DNA of 64,000 bases from Planctomycetaceae bacterium (GCA_046339535.1 JBKDUK010000416.1:26834-90833), one strand, 5' to 3'; positions 10,511-19,433 are shown, numbered from the stretch's first letter. Notes: generated by a model not told the origin, from the sequence alone. Numbers and translations are program-made.

Positions 10511-11361
10511 AAACGAGGCTCGCGAAGTGCATCGACAATCATGTCGACATTGTATCGGATCATGCCCCGATAGGTTCCCGCTGGCCCATCCGCAGCCCCC
10601 AGAGCGTCCGAATACAACTCAGAGCCGAGGCGAACACCAGAGTCCTGGGCCACCCGCTGGACCGCCGCGGGGGAGACACTCGACTCAGGAAAAATCGCCG
10701 GGACCTGGCGATCACGAATCAGATCCACACACTCGGCCAGTCGCCGCAGACCAGCCTCACTCTCGGTGCTGATCCCCTGGATTCCAAACACTTCAAACCC
10801 ATAGGCCCGGCCAAAGTACTGGAACGCATCATGACTGGTGATGAGGACCCGCCGTTCGGCAGGAACCTCGGCGACCCTTGTGCGGCAGTATTGATCGAGA
10901 ATCTCCAACTCCCCGAGATATTGGTCACCCCGGCGACGGAATCCCTCGGCTTCAGCAGGTGCCGCGGCAGCCAGGGTGTTGATGACGACCTCCGCCGCCA
11001 TTTTCCAGAGCCCCACATCAAACCACACATGGGGATCGGGTTGAGAGCCAGACTCAGCCCCCCCCAAGAGCCGGCCGGCGGGAATTGCCGAAGTGACCGC
11101 CACGACGGTTTTTTCGCGGGACAACGACTCGAATACTTCCACCAGCTTCCCTTCCAGGTGAAGTCCGTTGTAGAGCACCACATCGGCCTGCCGCAGCCGA
11201 CGCTGGTCACGCGTCGTCGGCTGGTAAAGATGGGGATCGACTCCCGGTCCCATCAGAACCGAAACTTCTCCGGCATCTCCCACAACAGCTTGTGCGATAT
11301 CGGCGATCATCCCCGTGGTGACCAGTACCGTGACTCCCGGTCCTTCCGAAGTGGGGTTCAC
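10507..11361 (-). CDS. metal ABC transporter substrate-binding protein (TroA/ZnuA/MntC cluster-9 family), mature domain only; its signal peptide lies upstream, separated by an in-frame TGA
   Basis: 284-aa ORF starting at GTG 11359-11361 directly with the mature domain (VTVLVTTGMIADIAQAVVGD...DPHLYQPT...DPHVWFD...HDAFQYFGRAYG). In the same frame, 11425..11383 encodes MRCCLILCLFVAGSG, followed by TGA at 11380-11382 and then GPDTAKV-NPTSEG... See findings. Confidence 0.8.
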   Translation of the reverse strand: MNPTSEGPGVTVLVTTGMIADIAQAVVGDAGEVSVLMGPGVDPHLYQPTTRDQRRLRQADVVLYNGLHLEGKLVEVFESLSREKTVVAVTSAIPAGRLLGGAESGSQPDPHVWFDVGLWKMAAEVVINTLAAAAPAEAEGFRRRGDQYLGELEILDQYCRTRVAEVPAERRVLITSHDAFQYFGRAYGFEVFGIQGISTESEAGLRRLAECVDLIRDRQVPAIFPESSVSPAAVQRVAQDSGVRLGSELYSDALGAADGPAGTYRGMIRYNVDMIVDALREPRL

Positions 11362-11567
11362 TTTCGCAGTATCCGGTCCTCAGCCTGATCCAGCCACGAA
11401 CAGGCAGAGAATCAGACAGCACCGCATTCGCCGGACGAGCCCGGATCGAAGTGGGCGTGGAATTGATTCATCAGGGGAAGATGTGCAACACTTCATGCTG
11501 CGATTCTCTCCCACCCAGCCCCACGTGTCAACTACACCCAAACATTTTTTTTGACTCCTCAAAATCT

Positions 11568-12314
11568 ATGGCTAGCCTGACCGTGGAGAACTACCTCAAG
11601 ACAATCCTCCAGCAATCCCTGGTCAGCGGTGGCGACCTCGTCACAACGGGGCAACTGGCAACTGCGTTGCGGGTCTCTCCCGGCACTGTCACCGCCATGC
11701 TGAAAACCTTATCCGAGGGGGGACTGGTGAAATACCGTCCGTATGAGGGTGTTACGCTCTCGCCAGCGGGACGCAAACTTGCCCTGAGGATGGTTCGCCG
11801 GCATCGTCTGCTCGAGAGCTTTCTGGTCCGAACTCTCAGCCTCACCTGGGATGAAGTGCACGAAGAGGCGGAAAACCTCGAACATGCGGTGAGTGACGTG
11901 TTGGTGGACCGAATCGATGATTTTCTCGGGCATCCGACCGTTGACCCGCATGGTGATCCGATTCCCGCCGCCGACGGCCTGATGCGTTGTCAGTTGCAGG
12001 AGGGAATCCCCATGACCGGGTGGAGCACGGACAGCCGCGTGCGTGTTGTCCGGGTGATCGACCAATCCTCCGATTTTCTGAGATACCTGGCCGAGCAAGG
12101 ATGCACGCTCGATACTGTTGCCGAAGTCAAGCAGAACTCACGCGAGGCGGGAATTGTCACTCTGAAGATCGGAGCCAACTCATTCTCACTGGGTTATCCC
12201 GCAGCCCACCAGATCCTGGCGGTCGCCTTCGATCCCGTGCGAGAATCGGCCAAAGGCAATCACGATCTGGAAGGAAAGCCCCAGAACGTTCGGCTGACCA
12301 CTCCCAGACGGTAG
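11568..12314 (+). CDS. DtxR/MntR-family metal-dependent transcriptional regulator with C-terminal FeoA/SH3-like domain (Mn-type metal site)
   Basis: ORF 11451..12314 trimmed to MASLTVENYLKTILQ... (248 aa). It has an HTH, then RRHRLLESFL...WDEVHEEAENLEH...GHPTVDPHGDPIP, where Glu replaces the Cys102-equivalent as in Mn-specific MntR-like members. An FeoA-like tail VRVVRVIDQ...GIVTLKIG follows. It is divergent from the metal ABC operon. Confidence 0.85.
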   Translation: MASLTVENYLKTILQQSLVSGGDLVTTGQLATALRVSPGTVTAMLKTLSEGGLVKYRPYEGVTLSPAGRKLALRMVRRHRLLESFLVRTLSLTWDEVHEEAENLEHAVSDVLVDRIDDFLGHPTVDPHGDPIPAADGLMRCQLQEGIPMTGWSTDSRVRVVRVIDQSSDFLRYLAEQGCTLDTVAEVKQNSREAGIVTLKIGANSFSLGYPAAHQILAVAFDPVRESAKGNHDLEGKPQNVRLTTPRR

Positions 12315-12345
12315 ATTCGGCTCTCCCTGAAAGCAGCTTCACGAC

Positions 12346-12382
12346 GAAAAAAACTCCCGGTGACAGGACATGTCACCGGGAG
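12346..12382. terminator. bidirectional rho-independent terminator: A7-CTCCCGGTGACA-ggaca-TGTCACCGGGAG
   Basis: Perfect 12-bp stem seen directly. The T7 run follows the stem on the minus-strand transcript, where it terminates amtB. It lies between the convergent DtxR-like gene (+) and amtB (-). Confidence 0.6.
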
Positions 12383-12412
12383 TTGCAGATTGCCGCGCTG
12401 GGTAGATCGAGC

Positions 12413-14089
12413 TTACTTCACCATGAAATCCGGGTAGCCGACAGTTCCCATCTCAGGCATATCCAGCCCGCCAACTTCATCCTCCTTCGAGACCCGAATC
12501 GGAGTGATGAGGTTGCTGATCTTGAACCACACCCAGCCCATGACGAATCCAAACAGGGCAACGGTAACACACGACAGGATCTGGGCAAACAATTGGGAGG
12601 CATCACCGAAGAAAAGTCCCCGGACGCCATCGGACCCGTATTTTTCCACGAACTCCGGACGCACGACACCGTTCCAGCCATGGCCATACTTTCCATTGGC
12701 GAACAGCCCCAGAGCCAGTGTTCCCCACAGTCCGTTGGCTCCATGCACCGAAACGGCTCCCACAGGGTCATCAAGACCAAACCGGTCCCAGAAGAAGACA
12801 CTCAATACCACCAGAACGCCCCCGACCGCGCCGATCAGCAAGGCAGCCCAACTGTCGATGAACGCACAGGGAGCGGTGACGGCCACCAGGCCCGCCAGCA
12901 TGCCATTGCAGATCATGGACGGATCAGGCTTCAGCCCGGTCATCATCAGATACACCATGCAGGAGATCGCCCCACCGACGCTCCCCAACATCGTGTTGAC
13001 GACCACTGTCGACATTCGCAGATCGGTTCCGGAAAGGGTGGATCCTGAGTTGAAGGCAAACCAGCCGAAAGCCAGGATGAACGTACCGGAAATCACGAAG
13101 GGAAGATTGTGCCCGGGAATCGCCTGGGGACGCCCATTCACAAATTTGCCAATGCGGGGACCGATGATCAATCCACCGGCCAGAGCAATCGCTCCGCCCA
13201 TCGCATGCACGACACTGGAGCCGGCAAAGTCAACGACACCGTGACCGAAGCCCCAGTTGAGTCCCGATTGAGCCAGCCATCCGCCGCCCCAAACCCAGTT
13301 GGCGAACAGACAGTAGGGAAGGGCCACCCACAGCGAGAAGAGACAGAAATTTTTCCACGCCCACCGCTCCGCCATGGTCCCGGTTGGAATGGTGGCTGTC
13401 GTGTCCATGAAGACCATCATGAAGAAAAACAGAGTCATGATCCCCACGTCATCCATCCCGCTCAGACAGAACCCCTTGGTTCCGAACAGGCCGTAAGCCT
13501 TTTCCCCAATGGTGAGGGCGAAACCGGAATTGAGCAGAGACGTTCCTGGGCCCATCGGTGAATACCACCCGGGAGCGACCGGAGCGTTGAACCAGTTCCC
13601 CCACCCCAAGGCGAATCCGTAGACGTAAAACGCCAGACAACCCAGGGGATAAACCATGAGATTCATGGCAAATGTATGAGCCGAATTCTTGGCCCGACAC
13701 AGCCCTCCTTCAACCAGAGCAAAGCCCGTTTGCATGAACATCACTAGGGCCCCGCACAGCAGGATCCACAACGTGTTGATCGAGAACATGTTGTGGGCAA
13801 TGCGGTCGTACAAATCAGCCGGAGACTTCTGGGCCGGATTATCGTCCCCCACAGGACCTGCCGAAGGTGCGATCCAGTAGCCCGAACTGGCCCCCACCGG
13901 ATCAGGCCAGAGTGGTTCCTCTGGCTTGGGGCTCACTCCCGTCATGTAAGGGGGAAGCGTCACGGCAGGAGCAGCAGCGGGAGGACTCGCTTCCGAGGCT
14001 CCCTCCTGTGCCACCAGCGGGCCGTTCCATAGAAACAAAACTCCCCACAGGGCACAGACACGCGACAGTCCTAGCCAGCGATGACTCAT
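12413..14089 (-). CDS. amtB: ammonium transporter (Amt/MEP family) with N-terminal signal peptide and about 100-aa Pro/Ala-rich extension
   Basis: ORF 12413..14353 trimmed to MSHRWLGLSRVCALWGVLFLWNGPLVAQE (signal). The Amt core runs from MFSINTLWILLCGALVMFMQTGFALVEGGL onward, with typical DFAGSSVVH and NGMLAGLVAVTAPC blocks. No glnK/PII gene is adjacent. Confidence 0.85.
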   Translation of the reverse strand: MSHRWLGLSRVCALWGVLFLWNGPLVAQEGASEASPPAAAPAVTLPPYMTGVSPKPEEPLWPDPVGASSGYWIAPSAGPVGDDNPAQKSPADLYDRIAHNMFSINTLWILLCGALVMFMQTGFALVEGGLCRAKNSAHTFAMNLMVYPLGCLAFYVYGFALGWGNWFNAPVAPGWYSPMGPGTSLLNSGFALTIGEKAYGLFGTKGFCLSGMDDVGIMTLFFFMMVFMDTTATIPTGTMAERWAWKNFCLFSLWVALPYCLFANWVWGGGWLAQSGLNWGFGHGVVDFAGSSVVHAMGGAIALAGGLIIGPRIGKFVNGRPQAIPGHNLPFVISGTFILAFGWFAFNSGSTLSGTDLRMSTVVVNTMLGSVGGAISCMVYLMMTGLKPDPSMICNGMLAGLVAVTAPCAFIDSWAALLIGAVGGVLVVLSVFFWDRFGLDDPVGAVSVHGANGLWGTLALGLFANGKYGHGWNGVVRPEFVEKYGSDGVRGLFFGDASQLFAQILSCVTVALFGFVMGWVWFKISNLITPIRVSKEDEVGGLDMPEMGTVGYPDFMVK

Positions 14090-14639
14090 GATCCGAGGAT
14101 GCTCTCGTCGAGGAACTGCCAAACTCGCGGGAGACATTTCCCAAACAGCGCGGACAAATTCAGTTGGGCCGTTGAAGCTGCAAGGCGAGTTGCGTTCCAA
14201 AGTCCAGAAATTCCCCGAAAACCCGATCGAGCCTATCGCAAGAGCCCAAAATTTCCGCAGATTGAAACTCTGGAAAGACCTCGCCTGGAGAAACCTGCCG
14301 AACCGAATTCTGAAACAGCCTGCGGAAGGAATAGGCAAATCCTGCTGACACATTAAACAACTGCTGACTTTTCAGACACGATCAGACCCGACAGAGGGCA
14401 CAGCCAGGCTTCTCCCGAGGGGCGAATCGTGAACAGGAAGCGTTCCGCTCTGACCCAGCCGGAAACGAATCGGAGGCAAAGGACGGGCACCGAGCCGATC
14501 CGCGATCTTGCGCAAGTCCAGCAGGAACACGTCCTGGGCGAATCGGCCTCGAGCACTCCTCCACCAAGACTTTTCCCCGGTCGGTCGGTAATTTATGGCA
14601 TAGGGCCGGGTTCCGGCTGACTCATCAAGAGACGATCCC

Positions 14640-15938
14640 GTGAACGAAGTGCGTGCCTACCTGGTGGCTTTGGGGGTGCTGATCAGCACCGGCGCCATTT
14701 ATGTGTGGTTCGCAGCCCCTCCCATCCCTCCGCCTCCAGAGATCGACACCTCCCGGGCCTCTTCCGCGATTGCATCCGCCATCGAAGAAGCGCTCGTCGA
14801 AGCCCGTAACGAACCAGATTCAGCCCTGGCACGGGGCCGTCTTGGCATGTTGTGTTACGCCCATGAGTTCCGCCACGAGGCCCTCGAATGTTTCCAGCAG
14901 GCTGTGCGGCTCGACCCCCAGCAGTTCCGGTGGCGATATTACAAAGGGATCGTCGAGGAGGACTTCAACCTCTCGGAGGCCGCGGAGACGTATCGCAACG
15001 CGCAGCGTTACCGACCCAATTACGCCCCCCTGTTCATGAGATACGGTAACCTGCTGGTGCGGCTCAATCGGCCGGAGGAAGCGCGACGAAAATACCTGCA
15101 GGCCGCGGAACTTGCCCCGCGGAGTACCGATCCACTCCTCGGCCTCGCACGTCTTGAGATGAGTCTGGGGCAGCTCAACGAAGCCAATCAGCGCCTGCAA
15201 CAGGCACTGGAGATCAACTCCTCCTCGCGCGATGTGATGGTCGAGAAAATCCGGCTGATGAGGATGCGGGGTGACTTGATCGCTGCGGCTGATCTGGAAG
15301 AAACCGCCAGTCTGTTGCCGCCGACGCGTCCCAGCCTGCCCGACGAGTTTCTCGCGGTCATGGAGCAGGAGGACAAGTCCTCCAACCGTTTGGCCAGGAC
15401 CGCCGACGCACTGCTCTCTCAGGAGCGTTACGATGAAGCGGCCGATTTGCTGCAGAAACTGATTCAGACCCGCCCCGATCTCGCCCGATTGCGGATCAAT
15501 CTGGGTCAGATTCGGCTACGTCAGCGCCGTCTGCCCGAGGCGACCCAGATCTTTCGCGATACTGTCCAGCAGTTCCCCAACGATCCGCTTTGCCGATTCG
15601 CTCTGGGGACCGCCCTCGAAAGCGCCCGCGATTGGGAATTGGCTGCGGCGGCCTATGCCGAAGCAAGCCGACTCAAACCCGACTACTCTGAGTCAATGTA
15701 CAGACATGGCCGGGTGTTGTCTCAAATGGATCGGCACGCCGATGCCGTGGCCCCCCTGCAAGCCTGCCTGACTGTGGATCCGGTCCACAGTAGGGCCCGG
15801 GCTCTGTTGATTCAAACCCTGCAGAAACTGAACAGAACAACAGAAGCCATTGCGTTGGCGAAGGAGACTGTCACGATCTCTCCCCGCGATCCTGAAGCGC
15901 TGGAACTGCTCAAGAAGCTGACCGCGACCGAGAACTGA
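14640..15938 (+). CDS. tetratricopeptide-repeat protein with N-terminal membrane anchor
   Basis: 432 aa with a GTG start. Has an N-terminal TM helix (LVALGVLISTGAIYVWF) and multiple TPR-like 34-aa repeats (A..Y.....Y..A...Y..AL.L.P). Confidence 0.75.
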   Translation: MNEVRAYLVALGVLISTGAIYVWFAAPPIPPPPEIDTSRASSAIASAIEEALVEARNEPDSALARGRLGMLCYAHEFRHEALECFQQAVRLDPQQFRWRYYKGIVEEDFNLSEAAETYRNAQRYRPNYAPLFMRYGNLLVRLNRPEEARRKYLQAAELAPRSTDPLLGLARLEMSLGQLNEANQRLQQALEINSSSRDVMVEKIRLMRMRGDLIAAADLEETASLLPPTRPSLPDEFLAVMEQEDKSSNRLARTADALLSQERYDEAADLLQKLIQTRPDLARLRINLGQIRLRQRRLPEATQIFRDTVQQFPNDPLCRFALGTALESARDWELAAAAYAEASRLKPDYSESMYRHGRVLSQMDRHADAVAPLQACLTVDPVHSRARALLIQTLQKLNRTTEAIALAKETVTISPRDPEALELLKKLTATEN

Positions 15939-16014
15939 GACCGCTCTGGCAGTCTGTAGCGTTTGAAGCGTTTTCCCTGACAGCAACGGTCAAGAAGGTC
16001 CGAAGTGAGTCCTT

Positions 16015-17241
16015 ATGTTCCGTCTGCGCCGCTTCCTCTGCGTGGCGACTGGTCCGGGCAAGTCGAACGAGCCTGCTCGCCTTCGGCCTCCTCGAATCGG
16101 CGTGATCGCAGTCCTCATGTGCTGCTGCCTGCAAAACTCCCCCGTCACGGGAGCAGAGCCGATCCGTGGTGTTCAACCACATGGCTCACCGGGATTCGTT
16201 GGAACCTCACCCAAAAATTCCAGCTCTGTTCTCCCGGTGGACAGTCAATCGGTCGTCGACTCGGCACCGCTCGAACCGGCCGCTGCTGATCTGCCCGCCG
16301 CCGACTCTCGAACGGCTTTCCACTACTCACCCTCAAGCACTGAGGATTTTTTTGACAACCCAGAGGAAACCGCAATCCCGCCTGGGCTCTCTCCGTTCGA
16401 TCTGTCGTCCCCAACGGATCCGCTCGCCGATCCCCTGCTGATGCTCGGACTGCAGCGTGCTGCAGAGAGTGAGTCTCCGGATGAGACTTTGCCATTGGAC
16501 TGGCGGGATCTGGACCCGGCCTTGAGTGCCGAAACAGTCCCCCTGTTCACATTGCAAGACGACCTGCGTGACTGGTGGCCCGATTTCCGGTCCGATCTGC
16601 GATCTTTGTTCGTCTGGGAAAACGCCCTGATCCTCGGCATCGGTACTGGCGTCTCCCTGGGTTTGAGGGAGGAGGCCGATGGGGAGGTTCGGGCCTGGAC
16701 CGCGAGTTCGCCGGATCGGTGGGGAGCCGGTTCGCAGGTGCTGCGACAGTTTGGCGAATTCCAGTGGCAGGTCCCTACGTTGCTCCTGGGGTACACTTAC
16801 AGCTTGTGGCGGCAGGACGAACGACTGCACGATTTCTTCCGCTCAACGATCTCGGCCTATACTCTGACCTCGGCGACAACAGTCGCCATCAAAGGCATCG
16901 CCGATACCCAACGCCCCTCCAATGATTTCGAGGATGGGCGATTTGGGTTTCCGTCATTTCATGCCTCCAGTTGCTTCTCCATCGCGGCCAACATCGAAAC
17001 CTGGTACGGATGGGGTGCGGGCCTGCCGGCGTATGCGCTGGCCGGCCTGGTGGGCTGGAGTCGCATCGACCAGCGTGAGCATGACCTTTCCGACGTGGTG
17101 TTTGGATCCATTCTGGGTTACACCATAGGAAAATCGGTCGCAGTGTCCCGCCTGTCCGCGGCCGAATCCCGGTGGAAGGTCAATCCGTGGTTCGACGCAA
17201 ACCATGAGGCCTCCGGAGTCTCCTTCGATCTCAGATACTGA
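16015..17241 (+). CDS. PAP2-family (type-2 phosphatidic-acid phosphatase superfamily) membrane protein with long acidic/Pro-rich N-terminal region
   Basis: The three PAP2 motifs are present: KGIADTQRPS (KX6RP), FPSFHAS (PSGH-like) and SRIDQREHDLSDV (SRX5HX3D). Confidence 0.75.
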   Translation: MFRLRRFLCVATGPGKSNEPARLRPPRIGVIAVLMCCCLQNSPVTGAEPIRGVQPHGSPGFVGTSPKNSSSVLPVDSQSVVDSAPLEPAAADLPAADSRTAFHYSPSSTEDFFDNPEETAIPPGLSPFDLSSPTDPLADPLLMLGLQRAAESESPDETLPLDWRDLDPALSAETVPLFTLQDDLRDWWPDFRSDLRSLFVWENALILGIGTGVSLGLREEADGEVRAWTASSPDRWGAGSQVLRQFGEFQWQVPTLLLGYTYSLWRQDERLHDFFRSTISAYTLTSATTVAIKGIADTQRPSNDFEDGRFGFPSFHASSCFSIAANIETWYGWGAGLPAYALAGLVGWSRIDQREHDLSDVVFGSILGYTIGKSVAVSRLSAAESRWKVNPWFDANHEASGVSFDLRY

Positions 17242-17245
17242 ACTC

Positions 17246-18499
17246 ATGCCAGCCGAGACCATCGCCATCGGCACCGAACTCACCAGCGGTGCCAAACTCG
17301 ACACAAACAGCCAATGGCTGAGCCTGGAGCTGGCTGCGGCCGGAATTGCGGTTCACTATCACACGACGCTGGCCGACGACTTGCAGGCGAATATCAACGC
17401 CTTCCGGGTGGCGGTCGACCGGGCCGATTTGATCGTGATCACGGGAGGCCTGGGGCCTACCCTTGACGATCTGACCCGCGAGGCGTTGGCCCGGATGCTG
17501 GGGGTCGGTCTCGTCCTGCACGAGCCCTCTCTGGAGATCATCCGCGGCATGTTTGCCCGGCGGGGCCGGGAGATGCCCGAACGCAACGTCATTCAGGCAA
17601 TGTTTCCCCAGGGTTCCACCCCCATTCCGAACCCCCGTGGAACCGCCCCCGGAATCTGGCTCGAGATTCCCCGTGGAACGAGGCCTCCCTGCCTTGTTGC
17701 CGCCCTGCCGGGAGTCCCCAGTGAAATGAAACCCATGTTTCGGGAACAGATCCTGCCGAGACTGGGATCGCTGGCCACGGGACGGGTCATTCGCCATGCC
17801 CGACTCCAGTGTTTCGGGCTGGGAGAGTCTGCCGCCGAGGAACTGTTGGGAGACATCACGGCCCGAGGGCGGGATCCCGAGGTCGGAATAACAGTTCATG
17901 AAGCCACCATCACGCTGAGGATCGTTGCCGAAGCCCCCTCTCCAGACACCGCCCAGGACAAGATCCTCGCCACTCGACAGCAAATTCTCGAACGCCTCGG
18001 AGAGCACGTGTATGGCGAGGAAGAAGAAGAGCTCGAAGACATCGTCGTTCGGGAATTGCGTGCCCGCAGGAAGACCCTGGCGTCGTGCGAGGGAGCCTCG
18101 GGGGGCCTGGTGGCACGTCGGCTGCAGCGGATCGATCCGAACGGGGAGATTTATCGAGGCGGCTTGAGCGGTCTCTCAGGCGATGCACTCTCGTCGATCC
18201 TGGCGATATCCCCGTCGCAACTTCGGGAAACTGGTCCGCATGGTCCCGAGCGGGCTTCACAACTCGCCCTCGCGACTCGGGACAGACTCCAGGTCGACTA
18301 TGCGCTGGCCATCACGCCGAGATTACGATCCGCCGACCAGGAAGGGACCGTTGAAGTTCCGGTGGCCCACTATGCACTCGCCACCCCCCAAACGGTTGAG
18401 GTCCGGGAACTCAATCTGGTTGGAGATCCTGCGATTGCCCAGGCCCGCCTGACCAAGTCGGCACTCAATCTGCTGAGATTGCACCTGCGGAATTGCTGA
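17246..18499 (+). CDS. cinA: CinA-family competence/damage-inducible protein (MoCF-binding domain + C-terminal PncC-like deamidase domain)
   Basis: ORF 17204..18499 trimmed to MPAETIAIGTELTSG... It shows the typical CinA N-terminus IGTEL..G...D.N, LIVITGGLGPTLDDLT, and a C-terminal SCEGASGGLVARRL block. Confidence 0.85.
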   Translation: MPAETIAIGTELTSGAKLDTNSQWLSLELAAAGIAVHYHTTLADDLQANINAFRVAVDRADLIVITGGLGPTLDDLTREALARMLGVGLVLHEPSLEIIRGMFARRGREMPERNVIQAMFPQGSTPIPNPRGTAPGIWLEIPRGTRPPCLVAALPGVPSEMKPMFREQILPRLGSLATGRVIRHARLQCFGLGESAAEELLGDITARGRDPEVGITVHEATITLRIVAEAPSPDTAQDKILATRQQILERLGEHVYGEEEEELEDIVVRELRARRKTLASCEGASGGLVARRLQRIDPNGEIYRGGLSGLSGDALSSILAISPSQLRETGPHGPERASQLALATRDRLQVDYALAITPRLRSADQEGTVEVPVAHYALATPQTVEVRELNLVGDPAIAQARLTKSALNLLRLHLRNC

Positions 18500-19433
18500 A
18501 ACCGAGGCGCCCCCTGCCGTCTGAGCGGGTTGCGAGCGCCCTGCGCCAGGCAGCCCCGAGATACAGGGGCAAATCCGACGCAATCAATCCGGGCTCGCTC
18601 AATTCGGCAGCGGCAATGTCGCCGGCGGTTCCATGCAGCCAGACCCCCAGTCGCGCCGCTTCAAACACCTCCATTCCCTGGGCCAGCAGTGCAACCAGCA
18701 ACCCGCTGAGCACATCCCCTGTCCCCCCTGTGGCGAGGCCCGGATTGCCCGTGGAATTGATCGCCCAGCGGTCACCGTCGGTGATGATCGTTCCGGCTCC
18801 TTTCAGGACGACCGTCGTCTGCCAGCGTCGGGCGAGACTGACGGCGTGCCTCAACCTGTCCGCCTGGATCTCCGCTGTTGACAATCCGAGCAATCGCGCC
18901 ATCTCGCCAGGGTGCGGAGTGACCAGCCGAGGGCCGGCGGGGCGAACGTCACGCAGGCCCCACCCGTGCTCCGCGAGGGTATTCAATGCATCGGCATCCA
19001 GTACCAAAGGGGCGGGGAGCGAGCCCAGCCAATCCGCGACAAGGGTCCTCAACGCGGGCGAAGATCCCATCCCTGGACCGATCGCCACAGCATTCATCCC
19101 CCGGTGAAGCTCTCCCAGAGGGGCTTCGCAGCCTGCATCCAATCGCCCCTCGTGATTGTCAGGCAGACCAAGGACCAGGTACGAAGGCTCGTAACCACTG
19201 ACAATGGTTTCAATGGCGGACGGGACGGCGAGGTACACCAACCCGGCCCCACCCCTGAGGGCACCCATTCCTGCGAGACAGGCGGCACCCGACATCCCCC
19301 GACTCCCCGCCACCACCAGCACTCGTCCAAAGGTTCCCTTGTGACCGGCCGTCGGACGTGGGGGAGGCAGCGGCAGAGGAGAGTTGCTCAGATCCTCCCG
19401 GGGAGACTGGTCACTCAATTCCCGCTCACTCAT
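18465..19433 (-). CDS. nnrD: ADP-dependent NAD(P)H-hydrate dehydratase (YjeF C-terminal / Nnr2 domain)
   Basis: 322 aa with the carbohydrate-kinase-like blocks GRVLVVAGSRGMSGAA, VLDADAL and GGTGDVLSG. It is translationally coupled to the upstream PSP1 gene by a 4-nt overlap at 19430-19433. Confidence 0.8.
   Translation of the reverse strand: MSERELSDQSPREDLSNSPLPLPPPRPTAGHKGTFGRVLVVAGSRGMSGAACLAGMGALRGGAGLVYLAVPSAIETIVSGYEPSYLVLGLPDNHEGRLDAGCEAPLGELHRGMNAVAIGPGMGSSPALRTLVADWLGSLPAPLVLDADALNTLAEHGWGLRDVRPAGPRLVTPHPGEMARLLGLSTAEIQADRLRHAVSLARRWQTTVVLKGAGTIITDGDRWAINSTGNPGLATGGTGDVLSGLLVALLAQGMEVFEAARLGVWLHGTAGDIAAAELSEPGLIASDLPLYLGAAWRRALATRSDGRGRLGFSNSAGAISAD

Noticed and set aside
11380-11382. 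Selenocysteine (TGA = Sec) interpretation of the in-frame TGA in the metal-binding protein
   Set aside because: I could not identify an obvious bacterial SECIS-like stem-loop immediately downstream. The position corresponds to the signal-peptide/lipobox Cys rather than a redox active site. A nonsense mutation or a base-call error is more parsimonious, and the Sec test is listed as a check.
11987-13048. 353-aa + strand ORF spanning the DtxR 3' end, terminator and amtB
   Set aside because: It crosses a strong bidirectional terminator and is antisense to amtB. The composition is non-protein-like.
14090-14639. Sigma-54 (GG-N10-GC) promoter upstream of amtB
   Set aside because: Only GG-N9-GC-like strings were found, on the wrong strand (for example GGCACAGCCAGGC near 14395). 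No convincing -24/-12 element was found.
17231-18007. 258-aa minus-strand ORF
   Set aside because: It is antisense to cinA, which has clear family motifs.
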